Notes: generated from the letters alone by a model not told the origin. Counted from the stretch's first letter, positions 49,491 to 59,586 are shown. The stretch: 64,000 nt of DNA from Candidatus Bathyarchaeota archaeon (GCA_963815095.1 CAWFFH010000001.1:96001-160000); one strand, 5' to 3'. A program made the numbers and translations.

Positions 49491-50150
49491 TCATTTTCGT
49501 TTTTTTCGGAAAACAACTACAATTAAAATAGTCACCACGATTACCGTAAGTATCACTATGATAAGTGCATAAAATACGGTTTGGTTCAATCCTGTAATTT
49601 GAGGTGTCCACATGTTCGTAGAAGTTGCAAGAGCATTGATAGTGTAGTTTTCTAAATTATCTACTGTTTCAGTATACATGCCTGTTGCTTTGTCCCATTC
49701 TTTGTATTTTCCGGGGTCGCTTGAATGAGTGATTGTTCGGGTTGCTCCCGCTACTGTTTTTTGTGTTTCGCCTTGAATTGTTACGTCTCCGGGTATGGAT
49801 GCGTCGTAGAATGTGTCACCTGGGCTAAGATTTGAGGGGATGATTATCCATGCTTGAACTTGTCCTGCGGTGAAGTTAAAAGTCCTAACTGAACTTGACA
49901 ATGTTCCATCAGAGCTTCTAACAGTTATGTTAACATGGAGCACTTCACCTTCAACGTCCAAAATCTCCATTCTAGCCCAAGTTACCTTATGTGCCTCTGG
50001 AGGATTACCTGTTGTGCTAACGGAATATTCCATCCAATCACCCTTTTTGACACCTATCAAAATGTTGCATTCAGATAGAGGTGTTAGCAAAATAGTAACA
50101 AGTACAACTGCAAGAACTGCGATTTTTTTAAACATAAAAATAGCACTCAA
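49491..50150 (-). CDS. Secreted, C-terminally TM-anchored protein (GVxKGDWMEY family), paralog B
   Basis: Clear tandem paralog of 48756-49430 (TTGNPPE, VTWARM, IIPxNL, TNMW). Confidence 0.75.
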   Translation of the reverse strand: MSAIFMFKKIAVLAVVLVTILLTPLSECNILIGVKKGDWMEYSVSTTGNPPEAHKVTWARMEILDVEGEVLHVNITVRSSDGTLSSSVRTFNFTAGQVQAWIIIPSNLSPGDTFYDASIPGDVTIQGETQKTVAGATRTITHSSDPGKYKEWDKATGMYTETVDNLENYTINALATSTNMWTPQITGLNQTVFYALIIVILTVIVVTILIVVVFRKKRK

Positions 50151-50321
50151 ATAGAAGTTTCATTTTCAAACTAAAATAGATTTTGTTAGGTGACCTAATG
50201 CTATTTGTCTGTTTGGTTGAGAGGCGATCGAGTCGACGGTTCTCAAAGTTTGACTTTTAGATTTTTTTTAAGAAAAAAAAGAAATTTGTTGGGAGTGTTA
50301 TGATGCGCTTGGCTATCTTTT

Positions 50322-50495
50322 TTAGAGTTTTTCTGGGGCGCAGAGATTTTCTCCTTTAGCAGCTGTTCGCATGCATCCTTTGCAGATGTATTTCGCATCT
50401 TTCACAAGTGGCTTAATCTGTTCTATAGATACTTTGTCCTCTACCATTTTGCAGAGGTGCTTTTCATGACCCGGATGAGGTTGAGCTTTTGACAA
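50322..50495 (-). CDS. 57-aa small Cys/His metal-binding protein
   Basis: AGGTG RBS, TTG start; MSKAQPHPGHEKHLCKM...LVKDAKYICKGCMRTAAKGENLCAPEKL. Not in the ORF track. Confidence 0.75.
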   Translation of the reverse strand: MSKAQPHPGHEKHLCKMVEDKVSIEQIKPLVKDAKYICKGCMRTAAKGENLCAPEKL

Positions 50496-50528
50496 AACTT
50501 ACACCTAACTTATTGGTACGGTATAGTC

Positions 50529-50544
50529 ACATATACTATTGTGA
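50529..50544 (-). promoter_or_regulatory. 16-bp motif TCACAATAGTATATGT (second copy), within a TCACA..TGTGA dyad
   Basis: Identical to 30140-30155. Confidence 0.6.
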
Positions 50545-50575
50545 TTGTGTTTAAGCAACCACATCGAAAGAGGGG

Positions 50576-52243
50576 TTAGGAATGGTATTTTTTCTTAACA
50601 ATGAGAACTGCCGCTGCAACAACAATTATGGCAGCTAAAACACCAATTATGATTACTTCTTGAGCGGACAATTGTGTTTCTTTTTGGGGTTGAGTTTCTT
50701 GCAAGTTTAAGGTTACTGCGTGGGTGCTCAGGTGGCTTGTAAAGTGGAGTTGCCAAGAATACGCTGTTGAGCTGCTTGAGTAGCTTGTTTGGTTGCCGTC
50801 TATCAATAATTGTACGTCGTTTATGTCTGCAATTAAGGATTTTGCGATGGAAACTTCGACGTAGCCTATGCCGCTTGGACCTGAAATCTGAAAGCTAAGC
50901 TCCTTGGGTTCCGTATTGAACGCTAGTTGGGATACTGTGACGTTGGATGAGACTGAAAAGGCATTTTCGATGTTGGCTTCGGTTGTTTGTGGGATTAGAA
51001 CTGCCAAGTTGATTTGAGTGATGGCACTTGTATAGTTTGAGTCGCCTGCAAAGGTCGCTTTTATGGCATAGTTGCCGCTGGATATAGGTAGCCATTGTGC
51101 TGTGTAGCTTCCGTCTGAATTAGTGGTTGCGGTGGTTATGTTTTGCCAAGAGTTATCGTTGTTGGTGCTGTAGGTGATGGTGATTGTTTTTCCTTGTAGA
51201 CTTGCTCTGTTGGTTGCCAGGTTTCCGCTGATTTGAACGCTAAAGACGTCGTTAGTGGCTGCAACTGCGCAGTATAGTGTTAGGGTTGATGCTGGTTGGG
51301 TTGTTGGAGTTGGAGTTATGGGTTTTGGGGTTGGGTTTGGTGAGTTTGTGCTGCTGGTTTGGGGTGTAGGTGTAGGAGTAGCTGCAAGAGGCACGGTTAT
51401 GTTCTTGACGGTATCAGCGGAAAGGATGAGGTTGTTTTCGCTGTAGGTTGGCGATTGGCTTGTTGAATGTCGAACATACAATGTGTAGGTTCCAGCTGGA
51501 GCACTGACGTAATAATAGCCATAGTTATTTGAAGTGGTTCCTGAAGAAAAGGTGACTCCTGTGCTGTTTGTTAGCCACACTGCGGCGCTTGACATAACTG
51601 CGCCCGAGGGGTTAGATAGGTAGCCTGAAAGCTTGTAAGATGCGCTCATCGTAATGTTCTTGATCATATCTCCGCTTACAACAAAAGCTGCCTCACTATA
51701 GGAGATATAATTCGAGTCTTGAGGCGGCCACAAACCAAAGCTGTAAGTCCCTGCAGGAAGAATAATGCTGTAGTGCCCCGAATAGTCCGTGTTAGCAACT
51801 GGAACCGACCAAATTGAGTTGTAAACGTTTGTTGATACGCCACTAATTCCTCTTCCTAATTGATCCAAAACATAACCTGAAACCGTAAAGCAAGCCACTA
51901 AGTTGATGTTTTTAATGATATTACCATTAACTGAAATGTTGACTTCTGAGTAACTCATGCTTCCGGATCGTGCAACAATTCTATAAGTTCCGGAGGGAAC
52001 CATCATGGAGTAGTATCCTGAAGTATTTGAGTAGACTCCCTGCCCATATGTAAAACCAGTACTGTTAATATTGTAGACTAAAGCACCCGAAACAGGATTT
52101 CCAGTTGGATCATAAACAAACCCTGAAACCGTGTATAATGTTGGATTAGATTGTGCAGAACTGTAACCGAGGTTTAAAGTGAAGGGTATTGCAGCAACTA
52201 TTAGAGTTGCCAGAAAGATTGCTGAAATTTTGTTAATTTTCAA
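50576..52243 (-). CDS. Cell-surface protein: three carboxypeptidase-regulatory-like (CnaB-type) repeats, PT linker, Ig-like domain, C-terminal TM
   Basis: Repeats VSGxV.D..G..........TD..GYY......GTY; ATFAGDSNY. Likely TTG start at 52243 before the signal peptide. Confidence 0.8.
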   Translation of the reverse strand: MKINKISAIFLATLIVAAIPFTLNLGYSSAQSNPTLYTVSGFVYDPTGNPVSGALVYNINSTGFTYGQGVYSNTSGYYSMMVPSGTYRIVARSGSMSYSEVNISVNGNIIKNINLVACFTVSGYVLDQLGRGISGVSTNVYNSIWSVPVANTDYSGHYSIILPAGTYSFGLWPPQDSNYISYSEAAFVVSGDMIKNITMSASYKLSGYLSNPSGAVMSSAAVWLTNSTGVTFSSGTTSNNYGYYYVSAPAGTYTLYVRHSTSQSPTYSENNLILSADTVKNITVPLAATPTPTPQTSSTNSPNPTPKPITPTPTTQPASTLTLYCAVAATNDVFSVQISGNLATNRASLQGKTITITYSTNNDNSWQNITTATTNSDGSYTAQWLPISSGNYAIKATFAGDSNYTSAITQINLAVLIPQTTEANIENAFSVSSNVTVSQLAFNTEPKELSFQISGPSGIGYVEVSIAKSLIADINDVQLLIDGNQTSYSSSSTAYSWQLHFTSHLSTHAVTLNLQETQPQKETQLSAQEVIIIGVLAAIIVVAAAVLIVKKKYHS

Positions 52244-52399
52244 GCGAATCCCTGTGTGTGTGGTTAGTTGCGGTTTAGTTATAAAGTTTGCTTTTTTGGT
52301 AGTTAAGAACCGAAATCTCTTAGAAACCGCGGAGAAAAAAAAATCGCTTGCTCCGCGCGCTCGAAACGAACAATACTTATTCATTCAATTTATCCACCT

Positions 52400-52481
52400 G
52401 GATTGTTGGTATACCTTAAATGATCTTATGTTATCTTGTGTTATGTCAAGTAACTGGCGGTCGGTTTCGATGGTTAAGAAT
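52400..52481 (+). repeat. Diverged copy of the TA operon promoter plus first four antitoxin codons (MVKN)
   Basis: Aligns with 61534-61616 (GGATTGTTGG...TTAAAT.ATCTTATGTTA...TGTGTTATGT.AAGTAA.TGG...GATGGT.AA.AAT). Confidence 0.8.
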
Positions 52482-52517
52482 AGATTGCTTGTGCTGCCTT
52501 GAAATGAGGAGAGTAAA

Positions 52518-52916
52518 ATGTCCAAAGAGGGAATTTACAAAGACTACGGCAAATTAAGCGTCGCCAAAAATAAGTCAAAAATCAAAACCCGAAGACCCCC
52601 AAAGAAACTAAACCAATGCGCCAAATGCGGCAGAGTAGGCGACGCTATGACCAAACACTCCCTCACAGGCGAACATAAGCCACCTTTCATATGGCTCTGC
52701 AGGCAACCCTGCCACGACGAAGTGCACAAATTCGGCCTAAAACTGACAAAAGAACAAAAAGCAGCTCTAAAACGGCAGCCACCTTGCAGCATACAATTCC
52801 CCGCAGAAAACAATATCGCCAATCCCTATGCAAAACTGATTGAGCTTGGGTCGCTGGAGGGGGAAAAATTCAAGCAGTCTTTCAAACGAATAAATTCTGA
52901 AAAAGAAGAACCATAA
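52518..52916 (+). CDS. HNH-like zinc-finger protein
   Basis: CAKCG...TKHSL...WLCRQPCHDEVH; GAGGAG RBS. Confidence 0.65.
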   Translation: MSKEGIYKDYGKLSVAKNKSKIKTRRPPKKLNQCAKCGRVGDAMTKHSLTGEHKPPFIWLCRQPCHDEVHKFGLKLTKEQKAALKRQPPCSIQFPAENNIANPYAKLIELGSLEGEKFKQSFKRINSEKEEP

Positions 52917-52930
52917 AGAAAGGTTAAAAA

Positions 52931-53404
52931 TTAAAGCCCGAGCTCTTTTGCTCGTTGCTCTATTTCTTGAATCGTTCTTGCTTGTTCCCCACAATTCTTT
53001 AAACTGTTCTCTAGCATTTCTTTATCTACGGGGTAGAGGGTTCTAATTATTTCATCTTGCAAAGGCAACCACTTATCCAGTTTGATTGCGAATTTTTCTT
53101 CAATGTAGCGTCTTTCTTTGGGAAAGATTTCTTCATGTCCTTCTGGTGTGTTCAATCGGTATACTTCGTGGAAAACAAGTTCGTAGAATGCTTTTTTGTC
53201 TTGGCATCTTGTCAAGTGGATGATCTGGTTTGACCAGTTGTCTCCCCAAGCGTATCCTCCAGTTGGATACTTGAATTCACTTTTCCATTCAGGGGTTAGA
53301 GGTTCAAAAATCTCGAATTTAACTTGGCTATGTTTGAAATACCTTTTTTTGATATGTTCATTTACTTCGTCAATAATCTTCTTCTCTTCATTGTTCGGTT
53401 CCAA
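52931..53404 (-). CDS. Hypothetical protein with a degenerate zincin-like motif
   Basis: GYAW...IIHL...ELVFHEVYRL....H...F resembles SprT/M48-like HExxH, but the second His is replaced by Arg. Confidence 0.5.
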   Translation of the reverse strand: MEPNNEEKKIIDEVNEHIKKRYFKHSQVKFEIFEPLTPEWKSEFKYPTGGYAWGDNWSNQIIHLTRCQDKKAFYELVFHEVYRLNTPEGHEEIFPKERRYIEEKFAIKLDKWLPLQDEIIRTLYPVDKEMLENSLKNCGEQARTIQEIEQRAKELGL

Positions 53405-53467
53405 AATTGTTTCCCATACCTTGTTATATTAATGTAGGCTCAAGCATTAAAATTTAATCCGAAAAAA

Positions 53468-53614
53468 TTAGGCTTTTATTTTTTCAACCTTCAAAACGAA
53501 CTTGTAACATTCACATTTCGGTTTAACACATACTCTATCCAAAAAACGTGAATGCTCACTTTTGAGGTGCTCACAGGTGCACCTTTCGTCAATAATTTTA
53601 GCTTTGTCTATCAT
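53468..53614 (-). CDS. 48-aa zinc-finger miniprotein (CxCxHx4H...Cx4CxC)
   Basis: AAGGA RBS; MIDKAKIIDERCTCEHLKSEHSRFLDRVCVKPKCECYKFVLKVEKIKA. Not in the ORF track. Confidence 0.65.
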   Translation of the reverse strand: MIDKAKIIDERCTCEHLKSEHSRFLDRVCVKPKCECYKFVLKVEKIKA

Positions 53615-53938
53615 GATTTAGTCCTTGTTTAATGAACAACTTTAACCTTCAAATGGTTTTAGGTGTGGCTCAAATATAATTTTAATTCAACAACCCAAAC
53701 CACATTAAATTTCAAAATGTGTTATCTCGGAACTTTAAGCCTTTTCACAAAACTAGAAGACCAAATACCAGCAAACAGCATTTTAGCAAGGTTTCTGATT
53801 TAAAATCATTAAACCATAAACGTTGTAAAGTTGGGCCAAAACATAGAAAAACGGAAAAATAACCATTAATGTATAAGTGGCATGCGACATCTCTGTTTAT
53901 ATTTAGCGTTTTAGCTTTAGTTTGCAAGGTGGGCTAAC

Positions 53939-54388
53939 ATGCAATCAAAAGTACATGCGTGCTTAATCCGGAATTGTACAACTACTATGTTGCTCTTTCC
54001 TTTAGCGGAGCTAAACCTTCTATAGATTTAGGCTTTGAAAAGAACAACGGATATGTATGGGAGATAACATTGGTGGTCTTTGGAAGTTAGTGCACATGTT
54101 TCCTCAGATGTAGCGTATGTCGAGTTCTATCTCGATGGTCAACTCCAACTCAATGACACTTCAACGCCGTTTAGTTGGCAGTTTGATACAAGCAACTATT
54201 CACCAGGCTCTCACGCCATAAAAGCAGTGGCCTATGACTCTTTAGGTGAAACATCGTTTCTACAAGTCGAGCGTAACTTCCAAGAAACATCAACAGAAAC
54301 AATCACAACCATAATTATCTCCATAGTTATTGCAATAATAGTTGTTGCAATTGGATTTGCGCTCTATAAAACAAGAACAACGAAGTAA
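53939..54388 (+). pseudogene. Ig-like (Big_7-type) domain membrane-anchored protein, 5' part frameshifted
   Basis: VEFYLDG...DTSTPFSWQFDTSNY..G.H.IKAVAYD plus C-terminal TM. Confidence 0.65.
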
Positions 54389-54647
54389 TGAACAGAGTCG
54401 TTTAGTTCGCGGGAACGAAAGATGGCAAAAGAAAAAAGCAAAGTTAAGCAGGCGCAGTTGGGAGCATTTTTCAGTTAAAAACCTCTGGTAACTGCCATTT
54501 GTTGATCTACCCATCAAATCAGAAGCAACAGTTAACTGAAAGAAGAAGAAAAAACGAAATAAGAAATGTTAATGTCAGCCGAGCCATAGCAAGCTACTTA
54601 AACCCTTTTAAAGAAAACAGGGCATAACTCGTAAACAGGTACTGAAA

Positions 54648-55533
54648 ATGAGTAATCGTATACTCGTATTCTTGGTCTTTCTTGTTTGCGGTATAGGTTT
54701 GCCCTCTCTTTCAGGGTTGCTTATTTTTTCAGCGTTGCCGATTGAACTAACAATCCCGTATACATTGATACTTTCTATCCTATTCTTGTCGATTGTAATC
54801 TTTTTACGCAGACAAAAATCAATCAGGTGCTATTGGAAAGTCTTCTTCGCGTTCTTCATCGCTTCCTTAGCATTGCTTCTTGACTTCATCGTCAACCTGC
54901 CCTCAGATACCATGACGGTATTGCTTTAGATATGTTGGTGAGCACTTGATAATTGTAGGTACCATAGTTCTTTTGACTGTTGTTTCCGTTAGTTCCGTGG
55001 GCTCGATTTATCTAAAGAAAGGAAACTTTAAGTTAGGGCTGATAATTGGGCTCGCAGGCTTTTTCTTCTTTGCTTTGACGTCTATTCCGGCTGCTCAGTA
55101 CTTGTTTCAAGGCCAAAACCTTAGCTTAGAGAGAGTGGTTGCGTGGCTACCTTGGTTAATCCCTATAGTATTGCTAAATGGCGTAAGAGAAGAATAGTTA
55201 TACAGAGGTCTGTTTCTCAAGAAGTTTCAGCCAAAACTCGGATCAAAAACATCCAATCTTCTGCAAGCAATAATTTTCTCGCTAAGTCACTCTGTAGCAG
55301 GGGTAGGACTCAGTGCATATACGCCTTACATTTGGGGTTTGGTTATCTTCACATTTTCTCTTGGGCTTGCTTGGGGGTACATCATGCAACGTACAGATAG
55401 CATGTTGGGTTCTGCTTTGTTTCATGCTGGAACTGATATTCCAGTTTTCATCGGAATTTTCTCAAACAATTTAATAACCTCGCCTAACCTAAGTAGAAGT
55501 AGGCCAGAAAATATTTCACTGTTCTTCTACTAA
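54648..55533 (+). pseudogene. CPBP (CAAX/Abi) intramembrane metalloprotease, disrupted
   Basis: NGVREE*LYRG, FSLSH, FHAGTD motifs. One frameshift near 54928 and an in-frame TAG at 55195. Confidence 0.8.
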
Positions 55534-55536
55534 CCA
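55479..55536 (+). repeat. AGAAG...CTTCT element, near-identical to 62164-62221
   Basis: CTCGCCTAACCTAAGTAGAAGTAG(G/A)CCAGAAAAT(A/T)TTTCACTGTTCTTCTACTA(A/C)CCA. Confidence 0.9.
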
Positions 55537-55557
55537 TAAGCTTAGAAAATTTAGCTG

Positions 55558-55607
55558 GGTAAAAGAAGACAGTAACCCTGCACACAACGCTGTATTCTTC
55601 TTTCAAC
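55558..55607. repeat. AGAAG...CTTCT element at the stop of the 55609-56100 gene
   Basis: GGTAAAAGAAGACAG ... CTGTATTCTTCTTTCAAC. Confidence 0.65.
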
Positions 55608-55608
55608 T

Positions 55609-56100
55609 TTAAGCTAATTTATTATTGAATCCACCAGTTAACATTTCGCAGACTCTATCGGGGTTTTTAGAAGAAAAGACAAACACTCTTCCCTCCTTGG
55701 GAGTAACCTCGACGGCGGTGGCAAGCGAAGTAGTATAAGCCATTGAACCGTCAAGTCCAAATCTAACCCCTATCCCTATGTATCTGCCAAATGCTTTGGT
55801 TTTTTTGCATGAAGTAATATCTTTGAGCAAGAAAGATTTTTTGTCGAATCGTCCATAATCTACAAAGAGGCTCTCATCGGTAATTTTTATTTGAAGGCCT
55901 CGGTAATTCCATAATACCAACAGCAGGATAGCTAAAACCACCCAAGCTACCAAAACCCCCAGAATATCCTCAACTAATAATCCTTCGTTGAAAATGAAAA
56001 CCGCAAAAGTAACTATAACAACAATAATACTAACCATAGCAAATAAACCCTTAACAAGGGCGCCTGTAGGAACCCATTCTCTGTATTCGATATTTTCCAT
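55609..56100 (-). CDS. Two-TM membrane protein with PH-like domain
   Basis: Two TM helices, then LQIKIT...I.L.DI, GIGVR, FSSKNPD pattern. Confidence 0.65.
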   Translation of the reverse strand: MENIEYREWVPTGALVKGLFAMVSIIVVIVTFAVFIFNEGLLVEDILGVLVAWVVLAILLLVLWNYRGLQIKITDESLFVDYGRFDKKSFLLKDITSCKKTKAFGRYIGIGVRFGLDGSMAYTTSLATAVEVTPKEGRVFVFSSKNPDRVCEMLTGGFNNKLA

Positions 56101-56309
56101 GTCTATGTTATCAAATAAGGCTCAGATAAATTTTCGCCAAAACGAACATTCAAATGTATAGCAAAAAAATTTAGGCAGAAGAAAAAGAAATGCAATAAAC
56201 ATGGATCCAGGTTTAACCCTGCTTTCGATGCGGTTAAAGAGTTATAATTAATGAACAGTTGAAAACTGGCTGCTAATTTTTTTCTATCAGTTTATCCTTG
56301 TGCTTGTGT

Positions 56310-58193
56310 TTATAATTGTTTGATTGTGAGGATGCGTCCGTAGTTGCTGTGAATATTGATGGGTCGGGTTTCGCCTTGAGTTATGTTGCCTATGTCTTGG
56401 TATCCTGGGAGTTCATCGATGTAGTTGCCTGCAAAGTTGAAGGTGAATGGCACGTTTTGTTCTTGGTCGCTAAAGTTTAATGCTATCAGGCTAAAGTTTT
56501 GGCTATCGGCGCGGTGGAAAATAATGATTCCTTTTTCTTGTAGGGTTTGGTCGTTGTAGAAGTAGCCTTCTCCTTGTCTTATTTGAGGTCTTTTTTTGCG
56601 GATTTTAATGAGGTTTCTGACGAGGCTGATTGTTGATTTGCCAATCTGATCATAGAAGTAGTCCCAGCGTACTGGTCGAAACAGTAGCACACGCCCCATT
56701 GATGCGGTGTCTGAGGGGTTTGGCAGATAATAGTTTTCTGCGAATTCTTGGCCTTGCCAAAGCAGTGGAATTCCTTTAGCCATGAGCATCCCGATTAGGT
56801 ATGGTTGCAGTTTATAGAATAAGCTTCTGTTTCCCTGCCAAATTAACGGATCTCCTTCTACGTTGCTGAAGTTGCAGACGAATCGTGAGTGGTCATGATT
56901 CTCAAAGTATTGGAGTGCAGTCTTTTTTATAGTGTCTCCGTTGGTGGTTTGTTCTCTTGGGAATTGGTCAAGGCAGAACATGAAGCCCAAATTTGTAAGT
57001 TCGTCTAGGTTTCCTTTGGCGATTTTTTCGCCGGCGTTAAGGGTTTTGTCTTGCCAGGTAGCGTTTGAGTAGCTTTCTGTTAGAATTCCTTTTGGATCGT
57101 TTAGTTGTTCGGCACATTGGATAAGGTTGATTTTTCCGTTATTGTGGAATCGTTGCCAATCTGGGTCGTCTTTTTTTGATTTTATTAGTTGATACGTTTG
57201 ATATGATAGTGCGGCGTATTTGTTGCCGGTGGGGCCGTCCCAGAAATTTGGTACATTATCGTAGCGGAATCCGTCAACGTGGAATTGTTTGAGCCATTGG
57301 TAATTGACTGTGTAGAAGAAATCTTGTGTGATTGTTTTGTCGTAATTGGGAGTTTTTCCGTATTCATCGGTGCCTTTCATGACTGGGTTGTCTTGGTACT
57401 GTAGGGCATTGTAAATGTAGAAGTAGGCAAAGTCGGCGGCTGTGTGAGCGTATACTGAGTCAACGATTACTGCTATTCCATGTTGGTGCGCTGCATCGAT
57501 TAGTTTTTGTATGTCTTTTCTGTTTCCAAAGCGTTCGTCCACGCCAAAGTAGCCAATGGGTAAATACCCCCAATCTATTGTTGCTGCAACATTGGATAAG
57601 GGCATAAGCTCTATGCAGTTTATCCCCAAGTCCGCTAAATAATCTAATCTGGCTATGGTTTGATCGATGCTTCCGCCAAATTCGTTAATCATTAACTCAT
57701 AAATTATCAGGTCTTCTAAATCGGGCGTTTTCCAGGTGGCTTCGCTTGAACTCCATTGGTATGGTTTGTAGCCTAAGGTTATAGCTGAGAGTTTGCCTAT
57801 GCCAAATTCGCTGGCGCAAGGGTCAATAATCCAATCTAGCAGTTTTTGGGGGTACTTGGTTTCGGTTAGGTTTGGGTTTTCTAAATAGTATCGGTAGACA
57901 TATTGTCCATTGGTTCCCCAGGCTGAATCTGGTGTAGGTTTAGCAATTGACAGTATGTTCAGACTCATTGACCAGTAATCACCATAGTCTGGATCTGTGG
58001 AGTGTTCCAATTCAAATTTGAGAGGCTGGATATTTTGGAGAAATTGGTCTTTCTCGTGGATGATTTTGACGAAAAGCTTGTTGCCGTCAACGGCTGATAT
58101 CCATGGTAAAAAGATTCCAAAATTAACGGTGCCTAATGGTCCTTCACGAGCTCCTAGTTTAGTTAATGGCAGAAGTTTCAAAAGAATTCCCAT
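56310..58193 (-). CDS. GH13 alpha-amylase-family enzyme (TreZ/GlgB-like)
   Basis: LIIYEL, IELMP, WGY, DSVYAH, DGFRYD (nucleophile), CAE (acid/base), ENHD. Confidence 0.9.
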   Translation of the reverse strand: MGILLKLLPLTKLGAREGPLGTVNFGIFLPWISAVDGNKLFVKIIHEKDQFLQNIQPLKFELEHSTDPDYGDYWSMSLNILSIAKPTPDSAWGTNGQYVYRYYLENPNLTETKYPQKLLDWIIDPCASEFGIGKLSAITLGYKPYQWSSSEATWKTPDLEDLIIYELMINEFGGSIDQTIARLDYLADLGINCIELMPLSNVAATIDWGYLPIGYFGVDERFGNRKDIQKLIDAAHQHGIAVIVDSVYAHTAADFAYFYIYNALQYQDNPVMKGTDEYGKTPNYDKTITQDFFYTVNYQWLKQFHVDGFRYDNVPNFWDGPTGNKYAALSYQTYQLIKSKKDDPDWQRFHNNGKINLIQCAEQLNDPKGILTESYSNATWQDKTLNAGEKIAKGNLDELTNLGFMFCLDQFPREQTTNGDTIKKTALQYFENHDHSRFVCNFSNVEGDPLIWQGNRSLFYKLQPYLIGMLMAKGIPLLWQGQEFAENYYLPNPSDTASMGRVLLFRPVRWDYFYDQIGKSTISLVRNLIKIRKKRPQIRQGEGYFYNDQTLQEKGIIIFHRADSQNFSLIALNFSDQEQNVPFTFNFAGNYIDELPGYQDIGNITQGETRPINIHSNYGRILTIKQL

Positions 58194-58542
58194 AAGCTAA
58201 ATGTTAATTCTTGTTTTTTAACACTACTACGTTAGGAAGATTAAGAAAAAGGAAAGCTGTTGTTCCCCCTGAAATTTTACCTAGAACAACTACTTCTAAG
58301 AGTATGCTTTTTTCAGCTTTCTCCTTTTAAATGCAGCGGTTGAAGGCGATTTTTCTTAAAATTGTGGGACACAAAGAAGTGTCAAAAGCTAGAATTCGAA
58401 AAGCTGAGCATGTTAACTACTGCACATAATGGTGCCGGTTCTAAACATGGGTAAGCTACCAGTCTTTATTGTTTGCGATGTAATTGTTTTTATTCACAGA
58501 GCTTCCTAGTGTTAAATTGGAAACAGAAGGAGCTGAAATGAA

Positions 58543-59532
58543 ATGAGCTGGGCATCTGATGCATGGAATTGGGTCAAAGATAAAGCAGGAGAGGTAGGTA
58601 ATGCTATTGGGGATAGCGCAAAGACTTTTTCTGGAGGGTTAATTGACTTTTTTACTAATGCTAGTGCTGTTCTTGAACGGTTTAAATCGGTTGAACAGCC
58701 GAAAATTGAGGCTATTATGGATTCAGTTGAAGGCAACCTTGAGGAATCAAAAGAAGTTCTCGAACAAGTGGACAAACTATTTGTGACAAAGAAGAAAATA
58801 CCGCTTGGAGTAACGGAAATAGACCAACTGCCTGATTTCACCAAATTGAAGCTTCAGTTTCTATTGGATGAGGTAAATAGCCTTGAGAGCTCAGTGAAAA
58901 GGGATTTGACGTTGTTATCTCATTATAGAGAGATAAAGGCGGGTTTTCAGCCGACTGATTTACAAATTCAGAACGAGATTGATTCGATAAAATTGGGCAT
59001 TTTCTCTAAAAGTTAGTTTGATGATATAACGAAGAAATCTCTGGGCAATGCTGAAAAAGAAACACTATCATACATGCCTCCACCAGTGCTTAGTTTAACA
59101 AAGGAACTTACTCCAACAATAGACAAATACTTTGCATTAAACTCCAGATATGAATCTTTCAAGGGATACCAGATATTCCATTGGGGAGAAATCGACAAGC
59201 TACATGGAGAAATCGACAAGATTAAGTATGCATACGTTGACGAACCAGGCGTAATTCCGAGAACTTTAGCAAATATTGAGAATATTGTTGCCAGAGTCAA
59301 TACGGAAGAGCAACCAAGAATCGAGAAGATAATGGACTCAGTAAATGGAAACTTGGTGGAATCGCAAGGGATACTCAACAAGATAAATGGAATTGCAGGA
59401 AAAGTAACTGGTTTTGTAGGCAACAACACTCTATTGCTTAAGATCGGTATTGGCATTGCAGGTGCCGGAATTATTCTTACCTTAATATTAATACCCATAT
59501 TGTTAATCAGATGGATAGTTTGGGGCGTCTAG
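58543..59532 (+). CDS. Coiled-coil protein with internal repeat and C-terminal TM, interrupted by an in-frame TAG at 59014-59016
   Basis: ORFs 58543-59016 and 59074-59532 are in the same frame with an open linker; repeat EQPKIEAIMDSVEGNLEES / EQPRIEKIMDSVNGNLVES. Confidence 0.7.
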
Positions 59533-59586
59533 AAAATATTCACTTTTTTATTAGCCCAACAACCTTTTTAGGTTAGAAGCTAATTT

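Noticed and set aside
52411-52450. dif/XerD-like site (TTAA-N6-TTATGTTA)
   Set aside because: Better explained as the TATA box plus operator repeats of the duplicated TA promoter; the left arm is not dif-like.
55195-55197. In-frame TAG in the CPBP gene as pyrrolysine
   Set aside because: It falls in the EExxxRG motif where Leu (TTG) is expected, and the gene also has a frameshift.
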